Assembly (NCBI GenBank): GCA_001794205.1
Contig: MGJJ01000019.1
Location: 1,353 to 65,352, forward strand
Reading direction: 5' to 3'
DNA length: 64,000 nucleotides
Origin: Candidatus Yanofskybacteria bacterium RIFCSPHIGHO2_01_FULL_44_22
GTDB lineage: Bacteria; Patescibacteriota; Minisyncoccia; 2-02-FULL-40-12; GWA2-44-9
Part shown: positions 27,247 to 37,145 of the stretch, piece by piece
Numbering within the stretch: the first letter of the stretch is position 1
Layout of the letters: the number at the start of each line of letters is the position of its first letter
Notes under the pieces: generated by a model
What the model saw: the letters and a program-made list of their open reading frames with translations, nothing else
The model's database searches: none
Told to the model about the DNA's origin: nothing
Program-made: the position numbers and the translations under genes

Positions 27247-27885
27247 ATGATTAGCTTTCTTGAGGGCAAAATTGAATACTTGGGGGACAAATTCGTCATT
27301 TTAAGCGCGGGGGGCATAGGATATAAGGTGAGTATAGTCCCCAATCTGCTGAATATTCTATCAAAAAGTCAAGCCGGGGTCAACCCCGAACGAAGTCGCG
27401 AGGGCACGCAGCGCGCCTCTACTTCGTACGGGGTCAATACCGTTAAAATGTTTATCCATTCCCAGCTAAATATGCGGGAAGGCACCTTTGATTTGTATGG
27501 GTTTGATAAAAAAGAAGATTTGGACCTGTTTAATACTCTAATTTCCGTTTCCGGCATCGGACCCAAAAACGCTCTTAACATCATGTCATCGGTGGAACCG
27601 AGGCATCTTAAGGCGGCGGTGGTCAATGATGATGCCGATTTTTTGAAAAAAGTTTCCGGCCTTGGCCCAAAAACCGCCCAAAGATTAATTTTGGAATTGA
27701 AAAATAAAGTTGATTATTTGGAAGATATTGACGGACTTGATTTGGGACAGGAGGGCCATGCCATGGAGGCTTTGCTTGCCCTTGGTTACAGCGCAAATCA
27801 GGCGAAAGATGTTCTCAAAGAAGCAAAAGGAGAGACGCTGGAGAATCGGGTGCGAGATGCGTTAAAAATTTTAGGGAAGAAATGA
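27247..27885 (+). CDS. ruvA: Holliday junction branch migration protein RuvA
   Basis: MISFLEGK, GGIGY, LYGF, LISVSGIGPK.A, VSGLGPKTAQR..LELK, ALLALGY; ATG 27247. Confidence 0.96.
   Translation: MISFLEGKIEYLGDKFVILSAGGIGYKVSIVPNLLNILSKSQAGVNPERSREGTQRASTSYGVNTVKMFIHSQLNMREGTFDLYGFDKKEDLDLFNTLISVSGIGPKNALNIMSSVEPRHLKAAVVNDDADFLKKVSGLGPKTAQRLILELKNKVDYLEDIDGLDLGQEGHAMEALLALGYSANQAKDVLKEAKGETLENRVRDALKILGKK
27379..27438 (+). mobile_element. Second copy of the 48-bp hairpin mini-element, in frame within ruvA
   Basis: GTCAAC-[27385-27432]-GTCAAT; 44/48 identical to the secA copy. Confidence 0.85.
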
Positions 27886-28859
27886 GCAGAACATTTTTAC
27901 AAACTGCGGAGTGGCTGGATTTTCAGAAATCATTGGGCCGCAAGGTCTGGCATTTTGACGACGGGAAAATAAGGGCCAATATTATCAAGCACGATTTGCC
28001 CTTAAAAAAAAGCTATCTTTATATACCCCACGGGCCGGAAATTATTTTTGACGAAATTAAATCCGGCTTATCAAACGAACTCAAAAATTTTATCGGTTAT
28101 CTCAAAAAAACAGGCAAAGAGGAAAGAGCTATTTTTATAAAAATGGAACCACTTTTGGATATGGTTCCGGAGCTTTTGCATCAAGCCGGCATAAAAATCA
28201 AGAAATCTTCCAAAAAGGTCCAGCCTCAAAAAACAGTGGTGTTGAATCTTGGCTTGGAAGAAAATGAGCTTTTATCGCGAATGCACCACAAAACAAGATA
28301 TAACATCAATCTTGCGGAGAAAAAAGAATTAAAACTAATTGAAAGCGATGATGTAAAATCTTTTTGGAAATTGTTGAAAAAAACGGCGAAGGCCGACCGT
28401 TTTACCACCCATAATTTTGAATATTACGAAGGGTTGCTTAATTTTTTTAAGGATGGTGAAATTACCGCCAAATTATTTATTGTTAATTACGAAAATAAAC
28501 CGATTGCGGGAGCAATAGTTATGCTGTACGGAGACATAGCGTATTATTTGCACGGCGCTTCCGACCGCGATTACCGCAGTTTAATGGCGCCTTATTTTAT
28601 GCATTGGGAGATTATTAAATTATTAAAAGAGACCCCGAAGGAGTTGCTTCGCAACCCTACGGGGCAGGCAAGCGACCAGGGACAAGGGACAAGGTGTAAA
28701 TATTACGATTTTTGGGGAATTGATGCCAACAAATGGCCCGGGGTGACACGATTTAAACTGGGCTGGGGCGGAGAAACGGTTGAATACCCCGGCTCATTTG
28801 ACCTGCCGATTTCCAAAATTTGGTATTGGATATATAAAATAGCCAAAAAAACATTTTAA
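27882..28859 (+). CDS. FemAB/FemX-family peptidoglycan bridge aminoacyltransferase
   Basis: FLQTAEW, YIPHGP, KTRYNI, YYLHGAS, YDFWG, GVTRFK.GWGG. Confidence 0.92.
   Translation: MSRTFLQTAEWLDFQKSLGRKVWHFDDGKIRANIIKHDLPLKKSYLYIPHGPEIIFDEIKSGLSNELKNFIGYLKKTGKEERAIFIKMEPLLDMVPELLHQAGIKIKKSSKKVQPQKTVVLNLGLEENELLSRMHHKTRYNINLAEKKELKLIESDDVKSFWKLLKKTAKADRFTTHNFEYYEGLLNFFKDGEITAKLFIVNYENKPIAGAIVMLYGDIAYYLHGASDRDYRSLMAPYFMHWEIIKLLKETPKELLRNPTGQASDQGQGTRCKYYDFWGIDANKWPGVTRFKLGWGGETVEYPGSFDLPISKIWYWIYKIAKKTF
28633..28694 (+). repeat. In-frame hairpin plus heptamer repeats inside the femAB-like gene
   Basis: CCCCG-A-AGG-A-GTTGC-TTC-GCAAC-CCT-A-CGGGG (28633-28664), then GACCAGG GACAAGG GACAAGG. Confidence 0.7.
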
Positions 28860-30163
28860 TGTTCAAAGAAGGTCTATTGGATAAAATTTTATATAAAGTT
28901 AAAAAGCTGATTCCGAAATCGGTTTTTAATTTTTTTGCACCGCTTTATCATGCCGGCTTAGCTTATGCCGGAGCGGTAATTTACGGGTTTCCGTCCCGTA
29001 AAATGAAAGTAATCGGCGTTACGGGAACCAAAGGCAAATCAACGACGGTGTTTTTAATAGCAAAAATTTTGGAAAATTCCGGCAAGAAAGTTGCCGCTAT
29101 CGGTTCGCTCGGATTTAAAATAAAAGAACGGGAATGGCCCAATACTTTGAAAATGACCATGCCGGGCCGTTTTAAATTGCAGAAATTTCTTCGGGAAGCC
29201 CGAAAGGCCGGCTGCAAATATGTCGTGTTGGAAGTCACCTCCGAGGGCATCAAACAGAAAAGACATCTTGGAATTAAATTTGACTGCGCCGTTTTTACGA
29301 ATTTGCATAAGGAACATATAGAAAACCACGGCTCCTTTGAAAATTACAGGAAAGCAAAAGAAGAACTGTTCAGGCTCACCCCAAACAATCATGTATTGAA
29401 TGCCGATGACGCATCGGTTGAACATTTCAGCAAGTACTCCGCCGATAAAAAAATACTCTTTGGAATAAAAGGCGGCGATATGAAAGCAAGCTGCATTGTC
29501 AGCGGCAAAATGGGCGTGGAATTTGAAATTTACGGCACCATGTTTAAAACCAAGCTCTTCGGCGAATTCAATGTTTATAATTGTTTGGCGGCGCTTTCCG
29601 TCGGGGCGGTTTACGGTCTTGATTTGCCGGCGATGAAACCGGCGATTGAAAGAATCGAGGAAATTCCCGGCCGAATGCAGTTTGTGCAAAAAGAGCCGTT
29701 TGCGGTAGTGGTGGATTATGCCCATACGCCGGACTCGCTGGAAAGCGTCTATAAAGCGCTTTCAAGTCCAAAACCTCAAAGGTTGATTTGCGTTTTGGGG
29801 GCGGCGGGAGGCGGGAGGGATAAGTGGAAAAGGCCGGAGTTCGGCAGAATCGCGAAAAAATATTGTGATGAAATAATATTAACAAATGAAGACCCGTACG
29901 ACGAGAACCCGCTTTCAATTTTAAAAGAAATTGAAAGCGGGTTCTCGCAATTACCAATTACCAATTACCAATTACCAAATTATGAAATAATTCTTGACCG
30001 GCGGGAGGCGATAAAAAAGGCGATAAACAACGCGGAAACGGGTGACACGGTGATTATTACCGGCAAAGGTTCGGAAACGTCCATAGCCGTGTCAGGTGGC
30101 AGAAGAATTCCCTGGTCTGACGCTCAAATCGTCCGGGAGCTGATTGACGCAGCCAGCCGATAG
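28859..30163 (+). CDS. murE: UDP-N-acetylmuramoyl-tripeptide synthetase
   Basis: GVTGTKGKST, LEVTSEG, FTNL, PGRMQ, VDYAHTPD, GGRD..KR, TNEDP, GKGSE. Confidence 0.93.
   Translation: MFKEGLLDKILYKVKKLIPKSVFNFFAPLYHAGLAYAGAVIYGFPSRKMKVIGVTGTKGKSTTVFLIAKILENSGKKVAAIGSLGFKIKEREWPNTLKMTMPGRFKLQKFLREARKAGCKYVVLEVTSEGIKQKRHLGIKFDCAVFTNLHKEHIENHGSFENYRKAKEELFRLTPNNHVLNADDASVEHFSKYSADKKILFGIKGGDMKASCIVSGKMGVEFEIYGTMFKTKLFGEFNVYNCLAALSVGAVYGLDLPAMKPAIERIEEIPGRMQFVQKEPFAVVVDYAHTPDSLESVYKALSSPKPQRLICVLGAAGGGRDKWKRPEFGRIAKKYCDEIILTNEDPYDENPLSILKEIESGFSQLPITNYQLPNYEIILDRREAIKKAINNAETGDTVIITGKGSETSIAVSGGRRIPWSDAQIVRELIDAASR
29948..29978 (+). repeat. (CAATTAC)4 heptamer microsatellite inside murE
   Basis: Four perfect copies plus CAA; encodes QLPITNYQLP. 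Confidence 0.9.
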
Positions 30164-30172
30164 GTTTATTAT
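30144..30172 (+). promoter_or_regulatory. Sigma70-type promoter of the HNH-like gene
   Basis: TTGACG-17 nt-TATTAT; the -35 lies in the last codons of murE. Confidence 0.55.
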
Positions 30173-30215
30173 TTTTTCATCCAAGTGTTTCTTTACAATT
30201 GCAGGAAGGTGAACT

Positions 30216-30830
30216 ATGCCGGGGCGTTCATCCATTCGGGAGCTTCAGAAGTATTATTATTCGATTTTCGGAGACCGGTGCACGCTCGACCATATTATCC
30301 CCAAAAGCCGCAACGGTCCCCATAAAGAATTTAATTTGTTCCCTTTCGACAAAAACAGGCATCAGGCCTGGCATGCTCTTTTTTGGAACATGACCGTCTT
30401 TGAAGTCTGGGAACGACTGGGCGAAATTCATAATTTGATATTCAATTCGCCGACAAGCAGAATCAGACCGGTGTGGTTTGACGTTTGCAAATTGGAAAAA
30501 GGCGGTGTGAACAAAAGATTGGCATTTAAAGGTCTTAAAATAAAAGTCATCGCTAATCCCACGGACGTTAACGTTCTTAAGAAAAATTGGCTGTGTTGTT
30601 TTAAAAGTACAAAACTGGATGATGCCGTTAACTTTGTGGCGTACAAAATGCTGTTCATTATCTTCGGCAGAAAAGTGGCGGAGATGGCTCTGCCGGAAAA
30701 TAATGAAGATTTTTCAGGGATGATGAGAAACATAATTTCGGTTGACGTCAGAGCGTTGGAATGTCTGGGTGTTTTGGATATTCGGCTTCTGGAAAGAACC
30801 GCAAACGAGCTTACACGCAGATTCGCTTAG
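30216..30830 (+). CDS. HNH-motif-containing protein
   Basis: TLDHIIPKSRNG....NL......H.AWH.LF; SD AAGGTGA; hairpin terminator at 30829-30848. Confidence 0.65.
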   Translation: MPGRSSIRELQKYYYSIFGDRCTLDHIIPKSRNGPHKEFNLFPFDKNRHQAWHALFWNMTVFEVWERLGEIHNLIFNSPTSRIRPVWFDVCKLEKGGVNKRLAFKGLKIKVIANPTDVNVLKKNWLCCFKSTKLDDAVNFVAYKMLFIIFGRKVAEMALPENNEDFSGMMRNIISVDVRALECLGVLDIRLLERTANELTRRFA

Positions 30831-30878
30831 CCCCTTAAGGGCTTTTTTGTTATTCCGATTGGTGGTATTATTTTTAAT

Positions 30879-31370
30879 GTGGAATCATACCCTCAACAAC
30901 CGCAGGCGGAGCTAACCGCCAGAAGGGAAAAGAAAATCCCGACTCTTAGCGGACCCGGAATTTTTTGGGTGTTTATTATCATTGTTCTGGTTTTAACGGC
31001 GGTTGCCATAAATTTGCTTGGCAATCCCGGAGGCGGGGACGGTTTGGCCTCCATCCCGCCGTCAATCGACGAAACTCCAGGCGAGACCAGACAGCCGAGA
31101 CTTTACACCGTTTCTTACCGGGCTGGCGTGTTTAGCCCCACCAATTTGAAAATACACTCCGGCGACACGGTGCGGTTCAAAAATGACGGCCTTTTGTCGA
31201 TACGAGTGGTTTCCGACCCTCATCCGGAACACAACAACCTTGTCGGTTTTGACAGTATCGGCGATATTCCGCAGGGAAGTTATTTCTCATTCACTTTCGC
31301 GGCTAAGGGAATTTTTGGATATCACAACGAAAAAAATATAAACGAAGCGGGAACGATAATAATAAGATAA
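30879..31370 (+). CDS. Membrane-anchored cupredoxin-fold protein
   Basis: TM helix, then FSP..L.I..GDTVRFKN, SDPHPEH, SFTF...G.FGYHN. Confidence 0.75.
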   Translation: MESYPQQPQAELTARREKKIPTLSGPGIFWVFIIIVLVLTAVAINLLGNPGGGDGLASIPPSIDETPGETRQPRLYTVSYRAGVFSPTNLKIHSGDTVRFKNDGLLSIRVVSDPHPEHNNLVGFDSIGDIPQGSYFSFTFAAKGIFGYHNEKNINEAGTIIIR

Positions 31371-31374
31371 GCCG

Positions 31375-31653
31375 ATGAAGAATCCTCTGACAATGCGGGT
31401 GGAATCTTCGATGGGGGCGGTTTTTATCGTTCTTTTGGCGGCTTTTTTCGTGGGGCTGTTTTTTATCGCCTTGAAAAATTTCCGAAGCGATACCGAAATT
31501 TTAGACGCCCAGGAAACCAGGATTAAGGTCGTTTCCGCAACTGAAAGATTTTTAATGGAATCGTGGATGAAAGAAAACCAAATTTCTTTTCCCGAAGGTA
31601 AAAATCTGCGCTATCTTATTCCGCAGTATCCTTCGCGGCCGTGGCTGAAATGA
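31375..31653 (+). CDS. Small hypothetical membrane protein
   Basis: 92-aa ORF with one TM segment, 4 nt after the previous gene. Confidence 0.6.
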   Translation: MKNPLTMRVESSMGAVFIVLLAAFFVGLFFIALKNFRSDTEILDAQETRIKVVSATERFLMESWMKENQISFPEGKNLRYLIPQYPSRPWLK

Positions 31654-31702
31654 CAAGAATGAACAGCGAATAGACTATGGCTAATGGGCAAGAAACAAGA
31701 AA

Positions 31703-32539
31703 ATGATTTTCAATTTCAGATTATTCATTAAGGAGTGCGTTATTTTTGCCGCCACTTTGGCGGTTGGCATTTTGTCCGCCGAACGTCTGGCGGTTTCCGC
31801 TTTTACCGGAACGGCTTTTGAAACGTTCGCATTTTCCTTATGGGATATTATTGCCTTAGCCGTCGCCATTCTTGTTTTTGTTTTGGCTTTAAAATACAGG
31901 AAAATCGGCAGCTTTTTATTTCAAGGTATTTTGGTTTTCATAATCTTGGGCGGAGCGCAGGTTGTTGCCGGAGTTTTTCTGAACGCTCCTTGGGATTTTT
32001 TGGCGGCGGTTATTCTGCTGGCGGCGTTTTTAATCGTTCGCAATGTTTTGATGCACAATGCCGGCGTGCTTTTGGGAATTGCCGGCTTGGGAGCGGCCGT
32101 AGGCGTCGGCATCCATCCCCAAACGGCGATTTGGCTTCTGGTAATTTTATCGGTTTACGACATTCTGGCCGTATACAAAACCAAACATATGGTCCGAATG
32201 GCCAAGGCCATGCTGGAAAGCGGCGCTATTTTCGGTTTCATAATTCCTTTTGAGTGGAAGGGATTTTTTTACGGCAAAAAGGAGGCCCAGGCGCGCGCCG
32301 GGGAAAAATTCATGATTTTGGGTTCCGGCGACAGCGTTGTGCCCTTGTTTCTGGCCGCATCTCTTGTTAAAATTTCATTAGGGCAGGCGATTTTAGTGGG
32401 CCTGTTCGCGATTGGCGGCCTTTTCGTCACCCACTTGATTTTTATCAATCAAAAAGAACGAAAACCGATGGCCGCCCTTCCGCCCATTGCCACTTTTGCG
32501 ATAATCGGATATCTTTTGGCGGCCTTTTTAAATCTTTAA
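31703..32539 (+). CDS. Presenilin/signal-peptide-peptidase-like (A22, GxGD) intramembrane aspartyl protease
   Basis: Polytopic; YD (SVYDILAVYKTKHM), LGSGD and AALP (PAL-like) motifs. Confidence 0.8.
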   Translation: MIFNFRLFIKECVIFAATLAVGILSAERLAVSAFTGTAFETFAFSLWDIIALAVAILVFVLALKYRKIGSFLFQGILVFIILGGAQVVAGVFLNAPWDFLAAVILLAAFLIVRNVLMHNAGVLLGIAGLGAAVGVGIHPQTAIWLLVILSVYDILAVYKTKHMVRMAKAMLESGAIFGFIIPFEWKGFFYGKKEAQARAGEKFMILGSGDSVVPLFLAASLVKISLGQAILVGLFAIGGLFVTHLIFINQKERKPMAALPPIATFAIIGYLLAAFLNL

Positions 32540-32549
32540 ATATTTTAAC

Positions 32550-33920
32550 GTGATTCTTACTTTTCACGGAGGAGCAAAAATTGTAACCGGCGCCAATTAT
32601 CTGCTGGCTCACGGCGATAAAAAAATTCTTGTTGACTGCGGCTTGTTCCAGGGCTCGCGCTATGCCGAGGAATTGAATTACGAAAAATTTGCTTTCAACC
32701 CGGCGGAGATTGATTTTGTTTTTGTCACTCACAGCCACACCGACCACTCGGGACGCTTGCCCAAACTTTATAAAGAAGGTTTTCGGGGCAGGATAATCGC
32801 CACCAGACCAACCCTTGATATGATAAAAACGGCGCTGCCGGACAACCTTACTTTGATAAAAGAAGAAGCGGCCAAGGATGGCCATGAACCTCTTTTCACC
32901 GCCGATGATTTGGCAGAAGTTTTAAAACTGGCGGAAGGTTTTAATTATGAAGAAGAAATTAAACTGGGAAACGGTCTGACGGCCCGTCTTTTGGACGCCG
33001 GTCATATTTTGGGGTCGTCGATTGTAGAAATTTCTTTTGGAGACAAGAAAATTTATTTTTCCGGCGACCTTGGCAATCCGCCGACGCCGCTCCTTAAGCC
33101 CACAGTTTTTGTTAAAAACGCCGATTATGCGATTGTGGAATCGGCCTACGGCGCGAGGATTCACGAAGACAAAAGAGAAAGAAAGGAAATACTGGAAAAA
33201 GTCATTGAAGAAACCATCACCAACGGCGGTACATTGATGGTGCCTTCGTTTGCAATGGAAAGAACCCAGGAGCTTTTGTATGAATTGAACGAGCTCATCA
33301 ACCATAATCGAATTCCGCGAGTGCCGATTTTCGTAGACTCGCCTTTGGCCATCAATCTTACCGAAGTTTATAAAAAATATCCGGATTATTTTAATAAAAC
33401 TGCCGCTTACCTTATTAATTCCGGGGATGACATATTTAATTTTCCGGGATTGAAATTTACCAGGACAGTTAACGAGTCGAAAACCATTAACGACATTGTC
33501 GGGCCGAAGGTGATTATCGCCGGTTCCGGCATGTCCAACGGCGGACGGATTTTACATCACGAGCAAAGATATCTGCCGGACCCGAAATCAACCATTCTGT
33601 TTATCGGCTATCAGGTGGAAGGAACTTTGGGCAGAAAGATTCTGGATGGTCAAAAAGAAGTTTCCATATTCGGACAAATGGTGCCGGTTAATTGTCAGGT
33701 AAAAGCAATCGGCGGATATTCCGCCCATGCCGACCAAAATATGCTTACGGAGTGGATTAAAAGCGCGGCTGTCGGCGGAAAGTTAAAAAACGTTTTCATC
33801 GTTCAGGGCGAAGAAGATTCCGCCCGGGCTCTGGCGGACAGAATCAAAAAAGAGCTTGGCGTCAACTCCACTGTGCCCGATATCGGTGCGAGTTTTGACC
33901 TTGAAGCGGGAATCGGATAA
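32550..33920 (+). CDS. Metallo-beta-lactamase/beta-CASP ribonuclease
   Basis: VDCGLFQG, THSHTDHSG, AGHILGS, SGDLG, ESAYG, SAHAD. Confidence 0.93.
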   Translation: MILTFHGGAKIVTGANYLLAHGDKKILVDCGLFQGSRYAEELNYEKFAFNPAEIDFVFVTHSHTDHSGRLPKLYKEGFRGRIIATRPTLDMIKTALPDNLTLIKEEAAKDGHEPLFTADDLAEVLKLAEGFNYEEEIKLGNGLTARLLDAGHILGSSIVEISFGDKKIYFSGDLGNPPTPLLKPTVFVKNADYAIVESAYGARIHEDKRERKEILEKVIEETITNGGTLMVPSFAMERTQELLYELNELINHNRIPRVPIFVDSPLAINLTEVYKKYPDYFNKTAAYLINSGDDIFNFPGLKFTRTVNESKTINDIVGPKVIIAGSGMSNGGRILHHEQRYLPDPKSTILFIGYQVEGTLGRKILDGQKEVSIFGQMVPVNCQVKAIGGYSAHADQNMLTEWIKSAAVGGKLKNVFIVQGEEDSARALADRIKKELGVNSTVPDIGASFDLEAGIG

Positions 33921-33971
33921 ACTTAAAATAACATTGTTTTGGTAAAAATTTTAAAAGATTCAAACATATCC

Positions 33972-34691
33972 ATGGACAATACAAACAAAAAAGGCAACCT
34001 GAACGTACCGGCTCATAAACTGCCGAAGGCGAAAGAACCCACAGATTTCCGTTCGTCCCTTCACTGGCGGGTTTTCAGAATTTTATCGGAATTCATAGAA
34101 GGCTGGCAGTTCCTGGCCGATTTTAAAAAGACCGTAACTTTTTTCGGTTCGGCAAGATTTCCGGAAGGAAGCCAATGGTATGAGGAAGCTCGGAAGCTTG
34201 GAGAACTGGCCGCGAAAGACGGCTTTGCGATAATCACCGGCGGAGGGCCGGGGATTATGGAAGCGGGCAACCGCGGCGCCGCGGAAGCCGGAGGAAAATC
34301 TGTCGGGCTGAACATTAAATTGTTGTCAGAACAAAGAATAAATCCGTACGTTAATCAAAGTTCCGCTTTTCATTATTTTTTTGTTAGGAAGGTGATGCTT
34401 TCTTACGCAGCCAGGGCTTACGTGTTTTTTCCCGGCGGTCTCGGCACCCTTGATGAGGTTTTTGAGATTTTAACCCTTATTCAAACAAAAAAAATATCCA
34501 ACAAAATTCCCGTTGTTTTGGTCGGGAAGGAATTTTGGGAGCCGATACAGAAATTGATGCAGGAGGAAATGTGCCAGAAACTGCACTCTATTGACGAAGA
34601 AGACTTAAAGTTGTACACTATTGTCGATAACGCTGAAGACGCGTTTGAAATAGTTAAGAACGCTCCATCTCGGGAAGATTTTTTCTATTGA
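33972..34691 (+). CDS. LOG family protein (TIGR00730-like)
   Basis: FFGSAR, TGGGPGIMEAGNRGA, YFFVRK, PGGLGTLDE. Confidence 0.92.
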   Translation: MDNTNKKGNLNVPAHKLPKAKEPTDFRSSLHWRVFRILSEFIEGWQFLADFKKTVTFFGSARFPEGSQWYEEARKLGELAAKDGFAIITGGGPGIMEAGNRGAAEAGGKSVGLNIKLLSEQRINPYVNQSSAFHYFFVRKVMLSYAARAYVFFPGGLGTLDEVFEILTLIQTKKISNKIPVVLVGKEFWEPIQKLMQEEMCQKLHSIDEEDLKLYTIVDNAEDAFEIVKNAPSREDFFY

Positions 34692-34763
34692 TTCTCGGCT
34701 CGGCATTATCATTTTTTTCTCTCTGCCATAGTCTATTTACCATAGACCATAAATTTTTTATTT

Positions 34764-37094
34764 ATGAACGATTTTAGGCTCAACAATATTTTAATACCGG
34801 AAGAACTGCCCCTGATTGCGCTTAAGAACACGGTCTTATTCCCCAAAGCAATCACTCCGATTGTAATTCAGCGGCCGAAATCAACGGCTTCTCTTGAACA
34901 AGCTCTATTGGCCGACCGGCTGGTGTTTTTTGTCACTCAAAAAAATATAGAAGATGCCGTTGAACAGAAAGACTTATTTCAAATCGGAACTGTCGGTCGG
35001 ATAGTTTCCGTCTTCAAACTCCCCGACGGCTCGTCAAAAGTCGACGTGGAGGGGTTGGTTAGGGCGCGCATAAGCGATTTTTTAACCGAAGAACCGTTTT
35101 TTAAAGTAAAAATAGAGCCGTCGCTTCTTCTGGTTAGGAATAATCTGGAAGAAAAAGCCATGCTTAGGAGGGTGCTTGACCAATTTGGCCACGTTTCCGA
35201 AATAAAAACCTTTCCCGCGATTATGCCGGCGGTGGTTTACATGATGTCGCAGATTCGGGATATCGAGCAGATAATCAGCCTTATTTCCATTAATCTGAAC
35301 CTGGAAACCGAAAATCAGCAAAAAATATTGGAATTGGAAAGCGCGGCTGACGCCTTGAGAAAATTAAATGACCTTTTGGCGCGGGAGATTGAAATCCTTG
35401 AAGCCGAAAGAAGCGTCGCCAAAGAAACAAAAAAACAAATCGGAAAAATGCAGAAAGAAATTTTTCTGCGGGAACAGCTTAAAAGCATTGAAAAAGAACT
35501 TGGTGTTGACGACGAAAAGGGTGAGGCGGATTTATTGAGGGGTAAAATTATAGCGGCCGGTATGCCCAAAGAGGTGAAAGAAAAAGCGCTGAAAGAGTTG
35601 AACCGGTTGGCAAAAATGCCGGCTTTCAATCCCGAAGTTTCTTATTTGCGGACATACCTCGACTGGCTGGTGGAGTTGCCCTGGTCACGAAAGGACAAAG
35701 AAGACATCAATCTTAAGGAGGCAGAAAAAATTCTGGACGAAGACCATTATGGTCTGAACAAAGTAAAGGAGAGAGTCTTGGAATATTTGGCGGTTCAAAA
35801 ACAGGTCGGCAAGCTCAAGGGCCCGATTTTGTGCTTAGTCGGTCCGCCGGGTACCGGCAAAACATCAGTCGGTCAGTCCATTGCCCGGGCGTTGGGAAGA
35901 AAATTTATACGCGTATCGCTCGGCGGTTTGCGCGACGAAGCGGAAATCCGGGGTCACCGCCGGACCTATGTCGGAGCGATGCCCGGCAGAATTATCCAGG
36001 GTATTCACAGCGCCAAAACCGTCAATCCGGTTTTCATGCTTGATGAAATAGATAAAGTCGGTATGGATTTCCGCGGTGACCCGTCAGCGGCTCTTTTGGA
36101 AGCCCTTGACCCTCAGCAGAACCACTCTTTTTCCGACCATTATCTGGAAGTGCCTTATGATTTGTCGGATGTGATGTTTATTACTACGGCAAACATTTTG
36201 GATACCGTTCCTCCGGCTCTGCGCGACCGGTTGGAAATAATAGAATTTCCGGGTTATTCGGAGGACGAAAAACTGCATATTGCCAAAAATTTTCTTCTGC
36301 CCAAGCTTTTCCGGGACCACGGTCTGAAGAAAAAAACTCTCGTTTTTAACGATGCGGCCTTGGCCGACATTATCAGACAACATACCCGCGAAGCCGGCGT
36401 AAGAGACCTGGAAAGGCAATTAGCGGCGATAATACGAAAAGTGACCAAAAAACTTGTCGAACTGCCGTCGAGCCGTCAATTTGTCATCACCCAAAATGAG
36501 CTTCATAAATATCTGGGGCCGGCCAAATACACCCACCAGATTGCCGAAACCAAAGACGAAATCGGCGTAGTTACCGGTCTGGGTTGGACGCCGGTTGGCG
36601 GCGAAGTTTTTTCTATTGAAGTCGCTAAAATGCCGGGCCACGGCAAGTTGATTCTAACCGGCCAATTGGGAAATGTTATGAAGGAATCAGCCCAGGCGGC
36701 TTTAAGTTATGCCCGGGCTTATGTTTCCAAACTCGGCGTCAAGGAAAATTTCATCAAAGACGACATCCATATTCATGTTCCTTCGGGAGCGATTAAGAAA
36801 GACGGGCCCTCCGCCGGTACGGCCATTACCACGGCGCTGGTTTCTTTGTTTCTTAAAAAAGCGGTTCATAAAGAAGTTTGCATGACCGGGGAGGTAACCT
36901 TAAGAGGCAAAGTATTGGAAATAGGAGGAGTCAAAGAGAAAATTTTGGCGGCCCATCGCGCCGGACTTAAGATTGTTATCGTTCCGGCGGAAAACAAAAA
37001 AGATATGGGCGACATTCCCAAAGAAGTCAAAAAAGACCTCAAATTCGTTTTCGTGAAAACGATGGAGGACGTGCTCAAGGCGGCGCTCAAATAA
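34764..37094 (+). CDS. lon: ATP-dependent protease Lon
   Basis: LON N domain, GPPGTGKT, DEIDK, catalytic KDGPSAG and K (GGVKEK). Confidence 0.98.
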   Translation: MNDFRLNNILIPEELPLIALKNTVLFPKAITPIVIQRPKSTASLEQALLADRLVFFVTQKNIEDAVEQKDLFQIGTVGRIVSVFKLPDGSSKVDVEGLVRARISDFLTEEPFFKVKIEPSLLLVRNNLEEKAMLRRVLDQFGHVSEIKTFPAIMPAVVYMMSQIRDIEQIISLISINLNLETENQQKILELESAADALRKLNDLLAREIEILEAERSVAKETKKQIGKMQKEIFLREQLKSIEKELGVDDEKGEADLLRGKIIAAGMPKEVKEKALKELNRLAKMPAFNPEVSYLRTYLDWLVELPWSRKDKEDINLKEAEKILDEDHYGLNKVKERVLEYLAVQKQVGKLKGPILCLVGPPGTGKTSVGQSIARALGRKFIRVSLGGLRDEAEIRGHRRTYVGAMPGRIIQGIHSAKTVNPVFMLDEIDKVGMDFRGDPSAALLEALDPQQNHSFSDHYLEVPYDLSDVMFITTANILDTVPPALRDRLEIIEFPGYSEDEKLHIAKNFLLPKLFRDHGLKKKTLVFNDAALADIIRQHTREAGVRDLERQLAAIIRKVTKKLVELPSSRQFVITQNELHKYLGPAKYTHQIAETKDEIGVVTGLGWTPVGGEVFSIEVAKMPGHGKLILTGQLGNVMKESAQAALSYARAYVSKLGVKENFIKDDIHIHVPSGAIKKDGPSAGTAITTALVSLFLKKAVHKEVCMTGEVTLRGKVLEIGGVKEKILAAHRAGLKIVIVPAENKKDMGDIPKEVKKDLKFVFVKTMEDVLKAALK

Positions 37095-37145
37095 AAAAGT
37101 CGGTTCTTTGTTTGTCTTGATTTTTTAACATGCTATACTCTTGGA

